Assembly (NCBI GenBank): GCA_043808365.1
Contig: JAZDEZ010000016.1
Coordinates: 1 to 53,146 of the forward strand
From: Patescibacteria group bacterium
Lineage (GTDB): Bacteria; Patescibacteriota; Patescibacteriia; UBA10025; JAHIVO01
Direction: 5' to 3'
DNA: 53,146 nucleotides
In this document: positions 37,822-46,951 of the stretch, in pieces
Layout: every line of letters begins with the position of its first letter
Position numbering within the stretch: position 1 is the stretch's first letter
Position numbers and translations under genes: made by a program
Notes under the pieces: model-generated
The model's input: the letters and a program-made list of their open reading frames with translations, nothing else
Told to the model about the DNA's origin: nothing
Databases searched by the model: none

Positions 37822-38697
37822 TTACTGCACAGTAAATGATTTCTCAATGCTTTGCAAAGGCGCCACTTTGGCAATAATGTCGATGTTTTTTGTTTCATCA
37901 GTGTTTGAACAGGACCCTTTCAGCTTTTTCTCCACATCGGCGCAATCGAATACCGAGAACACCACTTTATACTCCCCGGCCCTAGTGAACTTCTGGTCAT
38001 AGGAAAAAACGCCGGCATCATATCCGGAAGCGATGGCCACTTCTTTGGCAAAACTGGAGGTAACCGGATCGGGAAAACGCATGTCAGTGGTATACCAGAC
38101 CTGGCCGTCGACAAACACCTGCCACAATAAAAGTATGTGAAGCTGATTAGCGTCGGCACTGGCGATATGGCAACGGCCCAAACCTACAGGCTGGCCATCC
38201 GAATCCGGTTTTGCTCCGGTGTCATCGCCGAGTTTGAACGCACCGGAAGCCAGGGTGCAATCCAGATTGAACGGATTACGGACAATGGCGGCGTTCGCGT
38301 CTACCGCCTGGGCATTTTCCTTTTCACCCCGGATGCACACCGCGGCGCAGTCTGCCTGTGAAACGAACGGCGGCTGGGAGCATGCCGGGCCGCCGGAAAA
38401 TGCTAGGCATCTATCTGACTGCGGGTCAAAGTAAAAACCGCCGCCACTGCCGTCTTCGCAGGCACCGGCTGTCCAGGTTTGGCAGCGCGGGTCATCTGCG
38501 CCTATAGCTATGACCTGAGCGCTGGAAGGATTTTTTAAAAAAATAAAATAAACCGCTATACCGAGTCCGACGGCGATAATGCCGACTAAACCAAGCCAAA
38601 ATTGAAGCTTAACCATCATAAGCTTACGCGACACGCGCGGGTCATGGTTCATGCCGCCAGTTTGAATTGGCTCCTCTGATTTTTTTTGTTCTTCCAT
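37822..38697 (-). CDS. Single-TM surface protein with BPTI/Kunitz-like domain
   Basis: RC......AC......FYFDPQSDRCLAF....AC...PF.SQADCAAVC six-Cys pattern; start reassigned to MEEQKK. Confidence 0.7.
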   Translation of the reverse strand: MEEQKKSEEPIQTGGMNHDPRVSRKLMMVKLQFWLGLVGIIAVGLGIAVYFIFLKNPSSAQVIAIGADDPRCQTWTAGACEDGSGGGFYFDPQSDRCLAFSGGPACSQPPFVSQADCAAVCIRGEKENAQAVDANAAIVRNPFNLDCTLASGAFKLGDDTGAKPDSDGQPVGLGRCHIASADANQLHILLLWQVFVDGQVWYTTDMRFPDPVTSSFAKEVAIASGYDAGVFSYDQKFTRAGEYKVVFSVFDCADVEKKLKGSCSNTDETKNIDIIAKVAPLQSIEKSFTVQ

Positions 38698-38814
38698 AAA
38701 CACCCCTTCTATCTCCAATAATAGGCCATATTAATTTTTTTTACCAGTCCGCCGTACCTCGTGCCGATAGCCGCGCTGGTCATATGTTCCGCCAAGTCGT
38801 GCGCACGTAGTCTG

Positions 38815-39867
38815 TCAGGAAACTATCGTCGGTTCTTTGGGAGACGCCTCTCCGTTAGTGGCGGCTGACGACGGCTTACTGAAAAGCATTGCCCCAATTT
38901 TAATCCCGAAATGAGACAAAAATAACAGCCCAATCACCACTTTGAGGAAATCAACGGACCGGAAAATCAACGAAAACGCCACCCCGCTCTCCGGGGAATA
39001 GCCGATCATGGAAAAAATGAGCGCCTCGCCCGTTTCCGTGCTCCCCAGCGATCCGGGGATTGGCAGGAGAAAGGTTATGATGGTCAGGGTGGAAACGAGT
39101 ATGACGTCCAGTAACGTGGCCGGCAGTCCCAGAAAAATCATGATCATCCACATCGCCGATAAGGTTAATAAGCCGCCAAGCACCGACAAACCAAGCGCTT
39201 TATACAGCGTTTTGCGATCATGCTGGAAAAAACGGATGACGACCAGCTCAAATTCGCCGATCTTGTCCATGACCTTGGCGATAAACGACAGCCGATGCAG
39301 ACGGAAAAACCTGATAATACTGCCGAAAAAATCCCGCGACCGCAGGGTCCGATAATAAAAATAAACGATCAGAAAGACGAAAAGCAAACTGATAAACAGC
39401 AGTCCGGCGATAAGTTTCCATGACAGGCTGAATTTAATCAGGATGTAAAAAATGGAAAACAGCAGAAAAGGCAGGGCGTAGCTGAAATCCATCACCTTAT
39501 CGATGATGACCGAGGCCAGGCCTTCGGAAAACGGCACCTGGGCGTCTTTTTTCAGGACCATGGCCCTGATCGCCTCACCGCCGACGTTCGGCGAGGGTGT
39601 AATATAGTCAACCGAGAAACCGACGATCTTAGCCGGGAATATCTGCCCCAGCCTGACCGGGTGGCCCTGGCTCCGCAGAATCATGCACCAGCGGTATTGG
39701 GAGATGAAAAACGACAGCGCGTACAGGATCAGAATCACGAACCATTTGGCGAACGAAAAATCGATAATCGTCTGCCAAATATTCGGCAGACCGACTTTCA
39801 GCATCACTCCGACGAACAGAGCGGCGCCGATTACGGCTGAAATAACAAAAAAAATGATTTTTTTCAT
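38815..39867 (-). CDS. Lysylphosphatidylglycerol synthase TM / flippase-like (UPF0104) protein
   Basis: YRW, ITPSPNVGGEAIR, IIDK, PIPGSLGSTE, LIFR motifs. Confidence 0.85.
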   Translation of the reverse strand: MKKIIFFVISAVIGAALFVGVMLKVGLPNIWQTIIDFSFAKWFVILILYALSFFISQYRWCMILRSQGHPVRLGQIFPAKIVGFSVDYITPSPNVGGEAIRAMVLKKDAQVPFSEGLASVIIDKVMDFSYALPFLLFSIFYILIKFSLSWKLIAGLLFISLLFVFLIVYFYYRTLRSRDFFGSIIRFFRLHRLSFIAKVMDKIGEFELVVIRFFQHDRKTLYKALGLSVLGGLLTLSAMWMIMIFLGLPATLLDVILVSTLTIITFLLPIPGSLGSTETGEALIFSMIGYSPESGVAFSLIFRSVDFLKVVIGLLFLSHFGIKIGAMLFSKPSSAATNGEASPKEPTIVS

Positions 39868-39948
39868 GGGGTGTCGAAAAGCCTAAAGCAAAACAGGTTT
39901 ACTACCCTTCCAGTATACCAGCCAAATGCCCAATTTTCAACTCATTCT

Positions 39949-39990
39949 GTTCCTGGTTCCAAGTCCAGAGTTCCAAGTTCGCAGTTCAAA
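39949..39990. repeat. GTTC-NNN heptamer array (6 units)
   Basis: gttcctg gttccaa gtccaga gttccaa gttcgca gttcaaa. Confidence 0.7.
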
Positions 39991-40066
39991 TCCTGAGCTA
40001 GATTATTCAATCATCCCCTGCTAACATTCTATCTTGCAAGCTTGCCGATTTGCAAAAATACCTATA

Positions 40067-40858
40067 TCAATCATTCGGCCAGACCACGATCATGGCCTTT
40101 TGGCCGTTATCCACGTCACCGCTGTTCCAGTCATGGATGGCGTTCATGATTACTTCAGGGGTATATTGGTAGCCTTCGCCTTTCCGGGTGCCGGGGTCAT
40201 TGGTAATGATCATGTCTTTAGTCCAGCCGCGGATGACGATCATGTGGTACAGCGGCCCGGGTGATTTAAAATTCGGGTTTCCCAGCATCCGACCGGCTGT
40301 CGGGACAATGACCGGGCGTCCTTGGGCGATTTCCTTCTTGATGTCGTCAAGCGTAAAATCGTATTTCACTGCCACCTTCTTATACCCCCAGAGGCCGCGG
40401 ATGAATTCAGCCGTCTGCTCCGCGGTCGTATCCTTGTAAAAACCCAAGTTCGCGTTTTCATAATCAACAATCGTCTGCAGTTCCTTATTGGCGATGGTCG
40501 GCGTAAAAGTTTTTTTCTGCCAATAATAATGCACGATCAAAGCAGCCGCCTCTTCGCATGATTCCTCGTGCTGTTCGTCCCAATTGACGAGCGGCGCCTG
40601 GGTGGTGAATGGCACGGCCAGGTTGAATTCATCCGGGATAGCGGCAACCGGTTCCTGGTTGGTATTTTGGTTCACCACTAAATTCGCATTTTGGGTAATG
40701 CGCTTGTTGATGATCTGCTCATACGTCAACGCGGCCGGCGCCGGTTCGGTAATCCAGTCATGCCAGATTGTCTCGATCCGATGCCGGCCGAGATAACCGA
40801 GTCCGGCTACGATCAGGAGTATGAGGAAGATATTGAATAGTAATGCTTTTGTCTTCAT
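40067..40858 (-). CDS. Membrane-anchored C39-like peptidase
   Basis: VPFTTQAP, ESCEEA (Cys), YHMIVIRG (His), NDPG (Asp); start MKTKALL. Confidence 0.85.
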   Translation of the reverse strand: MKTKALLFNIFLILLIVAGLGYLGRHRIETIWHDWITEPAPAALTYEQIINKRITQNANLVVNQNTNQEPVAAIPDEFNLAVPFTTQAPLVNWDEQHEESCEEAAALIVHYYWQKKTFTPTIANKELQTIVDYENANLGFYKDTTAEQTAEFIRGLWGYKKVAVKYDFTLDDIKKEIAQGRPVIVPTAGRMLGNPNFKSPGPLYHMIVIRGWTKDMIITNDPGTRKGEGYQYTPEVIMNAIHDWNSGDVDNGQKAMIVVWPND

Positions 40859-40960
40859 ATTGTTAGCGTAGAAGTATACCCCCATGGCGTCACCGCGTCA
40901 ATGTTCCCCTGTATAAAAACCAGCTCCGGATATGCAAACCGGCGCCTGTCTGCCCATGAT

Positions 40961-41917
40961 TTATAACCAGTCCCTTCTCTTGAAATAAATCACCATCACG
41001 CTCACTGACACGACCATGACGGCTAATGATAGGTAAAAACCCGCCGGAGAATCCAGCGAGGGGATGTGCTGGAAATTCATGCCAAAGATGCCGGCGATCA
41101 GGCTGGGCACCAGGATCAACGCGCCCCAGGAAGTCACCTTTTTCATGATGACATTCAGATTGTTCGAAATTGCGGTGAGATGGATTTCAATGGCGGACGT
41201 CAGGATATCCCGGTACGTAGTAACCATTTCCGACAACTGGGTGGTGTCCATGGATATATCGCGCAGCTGGTCCATGGCCGCGACGCCCAAGTGACTGCCG
41301 AATTCTTTTTGGACCGTAAACGTCACTTCCCGGTTCGCCACCAGGCCTTTATGCGCGTAAATCAAGCTTTTTTTCACAGCCAGCGTCTCGCGCATGACCG
41401 CGTTGCTGTGCTTGTAGTCAAACATCCGTTTTTCTACATTCTCGATCTTGTCGCTGAGCGCGTCTGCCGCACCGAAAAATTCGTCGGTCGCTTCGGTACA
41501 CAATGATGTCAGCAATTCCGTGACACCGGCATGCAGAAGTTTTTTTAATGGCTCCGGCCCATACGCAGCCACCTTGGACACCGCCGTGCAAGGTTCGCGA
41601 TGTAATGTGATGATGGATTTTCGCAATTCGGGTATCAGCATGACCAGCGGCTGAGTTTCGAAAATATCGCCTTTCGCCACGATCGAGGTAAAAATGACAA
41701 TAATAAACTTCCCGATGCGATAAAGCATTGCCCGTTGCGATGGGCGCATCAGTTCAGTTAGTTCATTCTCGCTAATACCGGATACCTGCCGTAAAATAGC
41801 CAGCTCGGCTGCTGTCGGACCGGTAAAATCCGCCCAGGCGTATTTACCCGCTTTAAAGTCACCCAGATTGGCGTCCTTGAGGCTGGCCTTGTCAGCTGTC
41901 AATATGTTGTTTGCCAT
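40961..41917 (-). CDS. corA: CorA-family Mg2+/Co2+ transporter
   Basis: NNLNVIMKKVT, GIFGMNF signature, two TMs, RRDWL. Confidence 0.9.
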   Translation of the reverse strand: MANNILTADKASLKDANLGDFKAGKYAWADFTGPTAAELAILRQVSGISENELTELMRPSQRAMLYRIGKFIIVIFTSIVAKGDIFETQPLVMLIPELRKSIITLHREPCTAVSKVAAYGPEPLKKLLHAGVTELLTSLCTEATDEFFGAADALSDKIENVEKRMFDYKHSNAVMRETLAVKKSLIYAHKGLVANREVTFTVQKEFGSHLGVAAMDQLRDISMDTTQLSEMVTTYRDILTSAIEIHLTAISNNLNVIMKKVTSWGALILVPSLIAGIFGMNFQHIPSLDSPAGFYLSLAVMVVSVSVMVIYFKRRDWL

Positions 41918-42056
41918 ATGGACATAGTATAGCGCGGATTATAACAATAATCTATTTTATGAATACCGAATTATTGGTTGCTGGCAGTTGCGCCCATGTC
42001 ACGCGCGACGTAGCAATTGTTGGTCATATCATAGTGGTCGCATCACACGGGTTCTT

Positions 42057-42175
42057 GCTCATTGTTCATGGTTCCCCGTTCTGCGTTCAAAGTCTTGAGT
42101 CCCATGTTCAAGGTTCCCAGTTCTACGTTCATAGTTCTGAATCCAGAGTTCCTGGTTCCAAGTCCAAAGTTCTAA
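42057..42175. repeat. GTTC-NNN heptamer array (17 units)
   Basis: Strict 7-nt phase with a conserved G-T-T/C-C core and variable last 3 nt. Confidence 0.8.
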
Positions 42176-42181
42176 GTTGAG

Positions 42182-44080
42182 TTACTCCACCACCACTCCG
42201 CTGTTCCCCAGCAGGCCCCAATTCCACTCAAAACTGGAGCGAGTGAAATATTTTTCACCGTATAACGGATCCATGGTGATAATCTTGGTCGGATTTTCCG
42301 CCGGTCCGATAAAGCCGATGGCCACGCGCGCGTGCTCGCCGCTGACTGCGACAACATTGCCGCCTTGGGGCGTTTTCCAATCAATCCGTTTTCCGGATCC
42401 CGCCGTTCCCCACACTACAACTGGGTTGCCTTTTTTAATCTCTGCGGTCAGGTCAGCTACCTTCCACCCGGAAAAAGCCCGAGCCATACGGTATGCTTTC
42501 GCCGCAATGGCGATCGGATCCCAATATACGCCGTAACCGGTAGACGGCTGATGGCCGTCAATGTCGCCGACAAAAGCCACGTTCGGGTTGCCCCAGACGC
42601 CATTGCTTTTCAGCGTCGGGTCAAAGCCGACAATGTTGATTAACGGCGCTTCGCCGATATTGGCCCCCTTATATTTCAAGGCCATGGACAGTGAGGCGAA
42701 TTCACAGCTTAACTTATGGTCCTGCCGGTCGAAAGCTACAGTCAATTTTGTAATTGACTGCTCCGTTGAAAAACTGAATGAATAATCCTTTTCCATCTCG
42801 AATCCAGCAGACGTGCCACTGACATCTTTTGAAATTAAAACACTATAGGAAAAATTAAATGCCAATGGAGAGGTTGGCTTGAACAGCATTGTATTGCCAT
42901 CCCAGGAAAAATCGCCGGCCACGGCCGGTGATATGGAGAAGTGCGCTTGGGCGGAATTGCGGTCCACCGGCTGGTCGAAGGCGATCCGGACCGTACTGTC
43001 CACCCCGATACCGGCGCTCTTGTCCACCGGAATCGTCTGACTGACATCAACCGGCCCCAAAGTCGTAAACTCATAGGTCGCATCTTCCGTCAGGAATCCT
43101 CCCGACGTATTTTTTGTGCCCTTGGCCACGGTCAGGTGGTAATTCGTATCCAGCGCGTACTGGCTTGGCTTGAAAACAAAGTTAGCGGCGCTGATCGCGG
43201 TCCATGTACCTGATGCTGACGGACTGATGCTGATGTTTTCCTTGAATGAAACAAAATCCATCGGCTGGGTAAACGCGATGTCAATCGGTTCCTGCAAACC
43301 CACGGCTGTCCCGGCCGGCGCCACTTTTTCCACGCCCGGCGCTTCTTTGACCGTCCAAGTCTCTTTCTTCACCAACTGCGGTTCGCTCTGGTAGGCGATG
43401 TCTTGGGTATTAAAATTATACCGTATGGTCTTTTGGTATACGGATAGCGCGTAAGAAGTCCCCTGGGCCAGCTGTTCGGTCGGTTTCAACGCTGTCGTTT
43501 TACCATCGGCGCCGGTCTGGATAACGAATTTTATGGCAGGGGAAAACTCATAAGAAAATTCTACCCCCGGCTGGCGGGGGGCATCATAAGCAAAAACCCA
43601 GCTGGAGTCAGGCGATAATTCGTCGGAAGCTTTCGGCGATACGGACACTAAGGATGGAATGGCGGCAGTGGTAAAACTGAACATGGCGGCCCGCGGCTGG
43701 CGGTAAGTCGGCCACGCGCTGCGGATGCCGCTGATTTTTATCTGGTATGTCGTATCCGGCAGCCAGGTCACTTCCGGCTGGAATGTTATGGTCCTGGCTA
43801 AATGATTTTGCGTAACAAACCGTGAATACGCCACCTCGCCAAAAGTTTCTGGTGCCATAGTTACTGAAATTTCCCTCGATATTGGCACGCTGAAATCAAT
43901 CTGAATCGCCGCATCGAGTGGCACGCGATTATCCCGCAGCTGGACATTCAGGGTCGGCTGGGGTACATAGCTCCACAAGACAGTGCCGACGGCCAATGCC
44001 AAAAAAACGCCGGCACAGATGATCCACGCGACGCGATGCGATGTAGGGATGTTTTTGTTATTTTTATTTTTGAAGAACAT
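42182..44080 (-). CDS. Surface protein: TM, repeated Ig-like (SbsA/Big_5-type) domains and C-terminal C39-like peptidase
   Basis: Repeated 'I.I.F.QP.D' Ig motifs; LSCEFAS (Cys), EHARVAIG (His), MDP (Asp). Start uncertain (44080 or 44125). Confidence 0.85.
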   Translation of the reverse strand: MFFKNKNNKNIPTSHRVAWIICAGVFLALAVGTVLWSYVPQPTLNVQLRDNRVPLDAAIQIDFSVPISREISVTMAPETFGEVAYSRFVTQNHLARTITFQPEVTWLPDTTYQIKISGIRSAWPTYRQPRAAMFSFTTAAIPSLVSVSPKASDELSPDSSWVFAYDAPRQPGVEFSYEFSPAIKFVIQTGADGKTTALKPTEQLAQGTSYALSVYQKTIRYNFNTQDIAYQSEPQLVKKETWTVKEAPGVEKVAPAGTAVGLQEPIDIAFTQPMDFVSFKENISISPSASGTWTAISAANFVFKPSQYALDTNYHLTVAKGTKNTSGGFLTEDATYEFTTLGPVDVSQTIPVDKSAGIGVDSTVRIAFDQPVDRNSAQAHFSISPAVAGDFSWDGNTMLFKPTSPLAFNFSYSVLISKDVSGTSAGFEMEKDYSFSFSTEQSITKLTVAFDRQDHKLSCEFASLSMALKYKGANIGEAPLINIVGFDPTLKSNGVWGNPNVAFVGDIDGHQPSTGYGVYWDPIAIAAKAYRMARAFSGWKVADLTAEIKKGNPVVVWGTAGSGKRIDWKTPQGGNVVAVSGEHARVAIGFIGPAENPTKIITMDPLYGEKYFTRSSFEWNWGLLGNSGVVVE

Positions 44081-44158
44081 AGTAAGTTCAGCTCCTATTA
44101 TAACAAAAAAAATGGAAATAGTCAACCCGAAACTACCTCCCGCTTTTTTTAAACCTTA

Positions 44159-44380
44159 CTATTGTGTTTGCCTGGGTATTTCCAAATTGTCTTTTTCCTT
44201 AGGCTGGGACTGTTTCCGAATGCCGACCAACCCGAGGATAATTCCCACAACGCCTATAATGAGCAGGACGCCCAAATACCAATTCGGGAAATTGAAAGTA
44301 TCCATCGGGAAAATTAGGAAAATTATCCCGTTGAGACTGAGAATGATGCCGACCACGAGCGTGTACCAGGTTGTGACCAT
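44159..44380 (-). CDS. Small 2-TM membrane protein
   Basis: Two hydrophobic helices and a charged tail. Confidence 0.65.
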   Translation of the reverse strand: MVTTWYTLVVGIILSLNGIIFLIFPMDTFNFPNWYLGVLLIIGVVGIILGLVGIRKQSQPKEKDNLEIPRQTQ

Positions 44381-44556
44381 ACTATTAGCCGTTAATGTTA
44401 TATGGAATAAGTATATACTGAATCACGCCGTCACGGCAATATACTACCCGCCACTTTCGTCCCAAGCCAAGTCGAGGGCAGGCGGATGGTTTTTACTGGT
44501 AATAAAAAGCTGCCCTCGTGAAAGAAGGCAGCGATGACATGAAACATGAACAATGT

Positions 44557-45819
44557 TTATTTTTTCTGAAATTGGGGTAAGTCCCGTCCGCCCCATTCTA
44601 TAATGACGCTGCACCAGGAAAAACCACCGCCGTAAGCCGCCAACATCACCCTCTTGCTCGGGACTATTATACCAAGTTCACAAGCTTCATAAACTGACAG
44701 CGGGATGCTGGCCGAGGTAGGATTGCCGAAGCGTTCGATGTTATTGTAGCAAATGATTATATGCTTAGCTTCGGTCTGGTCTTTCATTCCTCTGGGTAAA
44801 ATCCACTCTTTAACTATTAGTTCCAGAGCCGTATAGTCACGGGAAACCATAGCTACGGCCAGGCCTTCATTGGCCTTGACGATGCGCTTGATGATTGCCT
44901 CCGTCATGCGCAGGTTAGCTTGATGTAAAATCAACACCTCGATGTCAAACCAGCTCAAGCCAGCATTTACCAGCGCTCCGGGCATGATTTCATTTGCCAC
45001 CCTCGGCACGATATTTTCATAAACTGCCCGGCCATCCATCATCATGAGATGCGCATCGACTAACGGATCAAGATGTTCTGGTTTAATGGGGACGGCGGAA
45101 CCACCGGCCCGATTGATAATCATTCGCTCGAATTCACCGCCTGGACCTCCATCAACACCGGAAAAAAAGGCCCGCGGACCGAACCAAGATTTCTCCTCTA
45201 CAGTCGCCTCTACGGCAAAAGATCCTCCGGCATCACCGAGAATGACAAATGGCGAGCGGCGGTTCCGGCTAATGACCCGGAACATCAGATCCGCACCAAC
45301 TACCCAGCCGCGCTCCGCTTTACCACTCCTGATCAGGGAATCAGCGTCATCCAGCGCCACCAAAAAGCTGGTGCAGGCCTGGGTAATATCTCTCCCTTTA
45401 AAATTCCGCATGATAGGTTTCCCGGAAAGTTTTGAAAAAACCGGAATTGCCAGCTTGCGGTGCGCCGCCACATTAGTCGGCGGGGTGGTGAAATAATCCG
45501 GACTGACTGTGGCCATATACAGGAAATCTGGAATTTCCAAACCATCGCCATAAGCATCGGTCCATGCTTCAGCCGCCGCTCTGGCTGCATAATCACTGGT
45601 GCATTCATGGTCTTCCGCGATGCGGCGCTCCCGAACTCCGACGCGCGAAAGTATCCATTCGTCACTCGTTTCATACTCAGCCATCTGTTCAGGTGTCATC
45701 TTGACGCCGCTTTTTAGCAGATTATCCCGTCGCTCCAGCAAAATTCTGGCGAGGTCTTCGTTAGTTAAAACTCTTCTGGGCAGGGCAATCCCGATTCCGG
45801 CAATTTTTACGCCTTTCAT
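44557..45819 (-). CDS. FabH/KAS III-like ketoacyl synthase
   Basis: TSDEWI..RVGVRERR, QACTSF (Cys), GDAGG, MDGRAVY, HQANLR (His), FGNPTSASIPL (Asn), GGGFSW. Confidence 0.88.
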   Translation of the reverse strand: MKGVKIAGIGIALPRRVLTNEDLARILLERRDNLLKSGVKMTPEQMAEYETSDEWILSRVGVRERRIAEDHECTSDYAARAAAEAWTDAYGDGLEIPDFLYMATVSPDYFTTPPTNVAAHRKLAIPVFSKLSGKPIMRNFKGRDITQACTSFLVALDDADSLIRSGKAERGWVVGADLMFRVISRNRRSPFVILGDAGGSFAVEATVEEKSWFGPRAFFSGVDGGPGGEFERMIINRAGGSAVPIKPEHLDPLVDAHLMMMDGRAVYENIVPRVANEIMPGALVNAGLSWFDIEVLILHQANLRMTEAIIKRIVKANEGLAVAMVSRDYTALELIVKEWILPRGMKDQTEAKHIIICYNNIERFGNPTSASIPLSVYEACELGIIVPSKRVMLAAYGGGFSWCSVIIEWGGRDLPQFQKK

Positions 45820-45939
45820 TTCACTCTCCTTTATTGTGAATGTTCAATTTTATCTCCTTTAATTTATTATCTCATCCTACGACAAAAAGCCCTGCAGCGT
45901 CAAGCTAAAGTCAGTTACTATAAAATCCGGGATAATTTT

Positions 45940-46278
45940 TTACTTTTTCGTAATGGCGCTCGTGAACCAGGAAAAAACCCAGAGGATAACGCCACCGATC
46001 AGCGCAGTGATAAAACCATCGACGGTGAATCCCTTAACGACCGTTGACACCAACAGAATCAATCCAGCGTTGATGACGAACGTGAACAAGCCAAGGGTCA
46101 GGATGTTGATCGGTAATGTAAGGATGACGATCACTGGCTTAATGATCGCATTCAAAATGCCCAGAACCAAAGCCACAATTAAGGCCGTGTAAAAACTGCT
46201 GGCATGGAACCCCGGCACGAGATAGGCCACCGCCATCAGCGCCAAGGCGTTTAATAACCAACGTAGAAGTATGAACAT
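45940..46278 (-). CDS. YvlD-type 4-TM 'phage holin family' protein
   Basis: LNAIIKPVIVILTLPINILTLGLFTFVINA. Confidence 0.9.
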   Translation of the reverse strand: MFILLRWLLNALALMAVAYLVPGFHASSFYTALIVALVLGILNAIIKPVIVILTLPINILTLGLFTFVINAGLILLVSTVVKGFTVDGFITALIGGVILWVFSWFTSAITKK

Positions 46279-46287
46279 AATTATTTA

Positions 46288-46477
46288 TAGCGCCTACCGG
46301 ATTCCCCCGCTATTAAGCGGGGTCCGCCCTCATTTGAATTAATATCGGTGGGCGGAGAACCCGAGTTTCTTGGATGACCTGCCCGCCGCAGGCCGTAAAT
46401 AGCGCGTGTGGGATTCTCCGCCAGAGGCGGACCCCGCCCTACCTTGATTTACAATATTTTTTTGTGGCGGGGGAACC
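46288..46477 (-). pseudogene. Two relic tRNA-Glu-like 3' ends, both interrupted in the T-loop
   Basis: On the + strand: TAGCGCCTACCGGATTC[46305-46356]GAACCCGAGTTTCTTGGATGA and TAGCGCGTGTGGGATTC[46417-46472]GAACC. Confidence 0.8.
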
Positions 46478-46484
46478 GATGAAA

Positions 46485-46557
46485 TAGTCCCATGGGGATT
46501 CGAACCCCAGTTTCATCCATGAGAGGGACGTGTCCTAACCAACTAGACGATGGGACC
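46485..46557 (-). tRNA. tRNA-Glu(CTC)
   Basis: Acceptor GGTCCCA/TGGGACT, anticodon arm CGTCC-CT CTC AT-GGATG, T-arm TGGGG TTCGAAT CCCCA. Confidence 0.95.
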
Positions 46558-46711
46558 ACATAACATCCCTCCTATTGTATACGAGCCAGGGGAAAAAAAT
46601 CAAGAAACAAACAGCCAACTCCCAATATATGCCGTGCATGACAGGCATTCTTCGACCAACATGTCGGTCGAATGCTGCCCTGCAAGTAAAGCCGGGGTTG
46701 GCGGTTTATGT

Positions 46712-46891
46712 TTAGTTCTTCCGATAATTCTCGAAAAAAATTGCCGCTAGGAAGGAAACCATGGCCATCTGGAGATAGAATGTCGATGAGATAAGAACGA
46801 TCGTATCGCGCACTTCATTGAAAAAACCGAAGACGCCACACATCAGGCCAAAAATGGCAAATGCAATCGGGATATATTTGTGTTTTATCAT
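46712..46891 (-). CDS. 59-aa 2-TM protein (below the ORF-track cutoff)
   Basis: AAAGGGGGTGA SD; MIKHKYIPIAFAIFGLMCGVFGFF...FYLQMAMVSFLAAIFFENYRKN*. Confidence 0.6.
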   Translation of the reverse strand: MIKHKYIPIAFAIFGLMCGVFGFFNEVRDTIVLISSTFYLQMAMVSFLAAIFFENYRKN

Positions 46892-46951
46892 GATTTCACC
46901 CCCTTTCTACACGCTATCCAAGCCTGGATAGCTAAAAAATCACCGTATCTA

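Noticed and set aside
42057-42175. Possible CRISPR array
   Set aside because: The period is 7 nt, there are no 23-47 bp repeats with unique spacers, and no cas genes are in the window.
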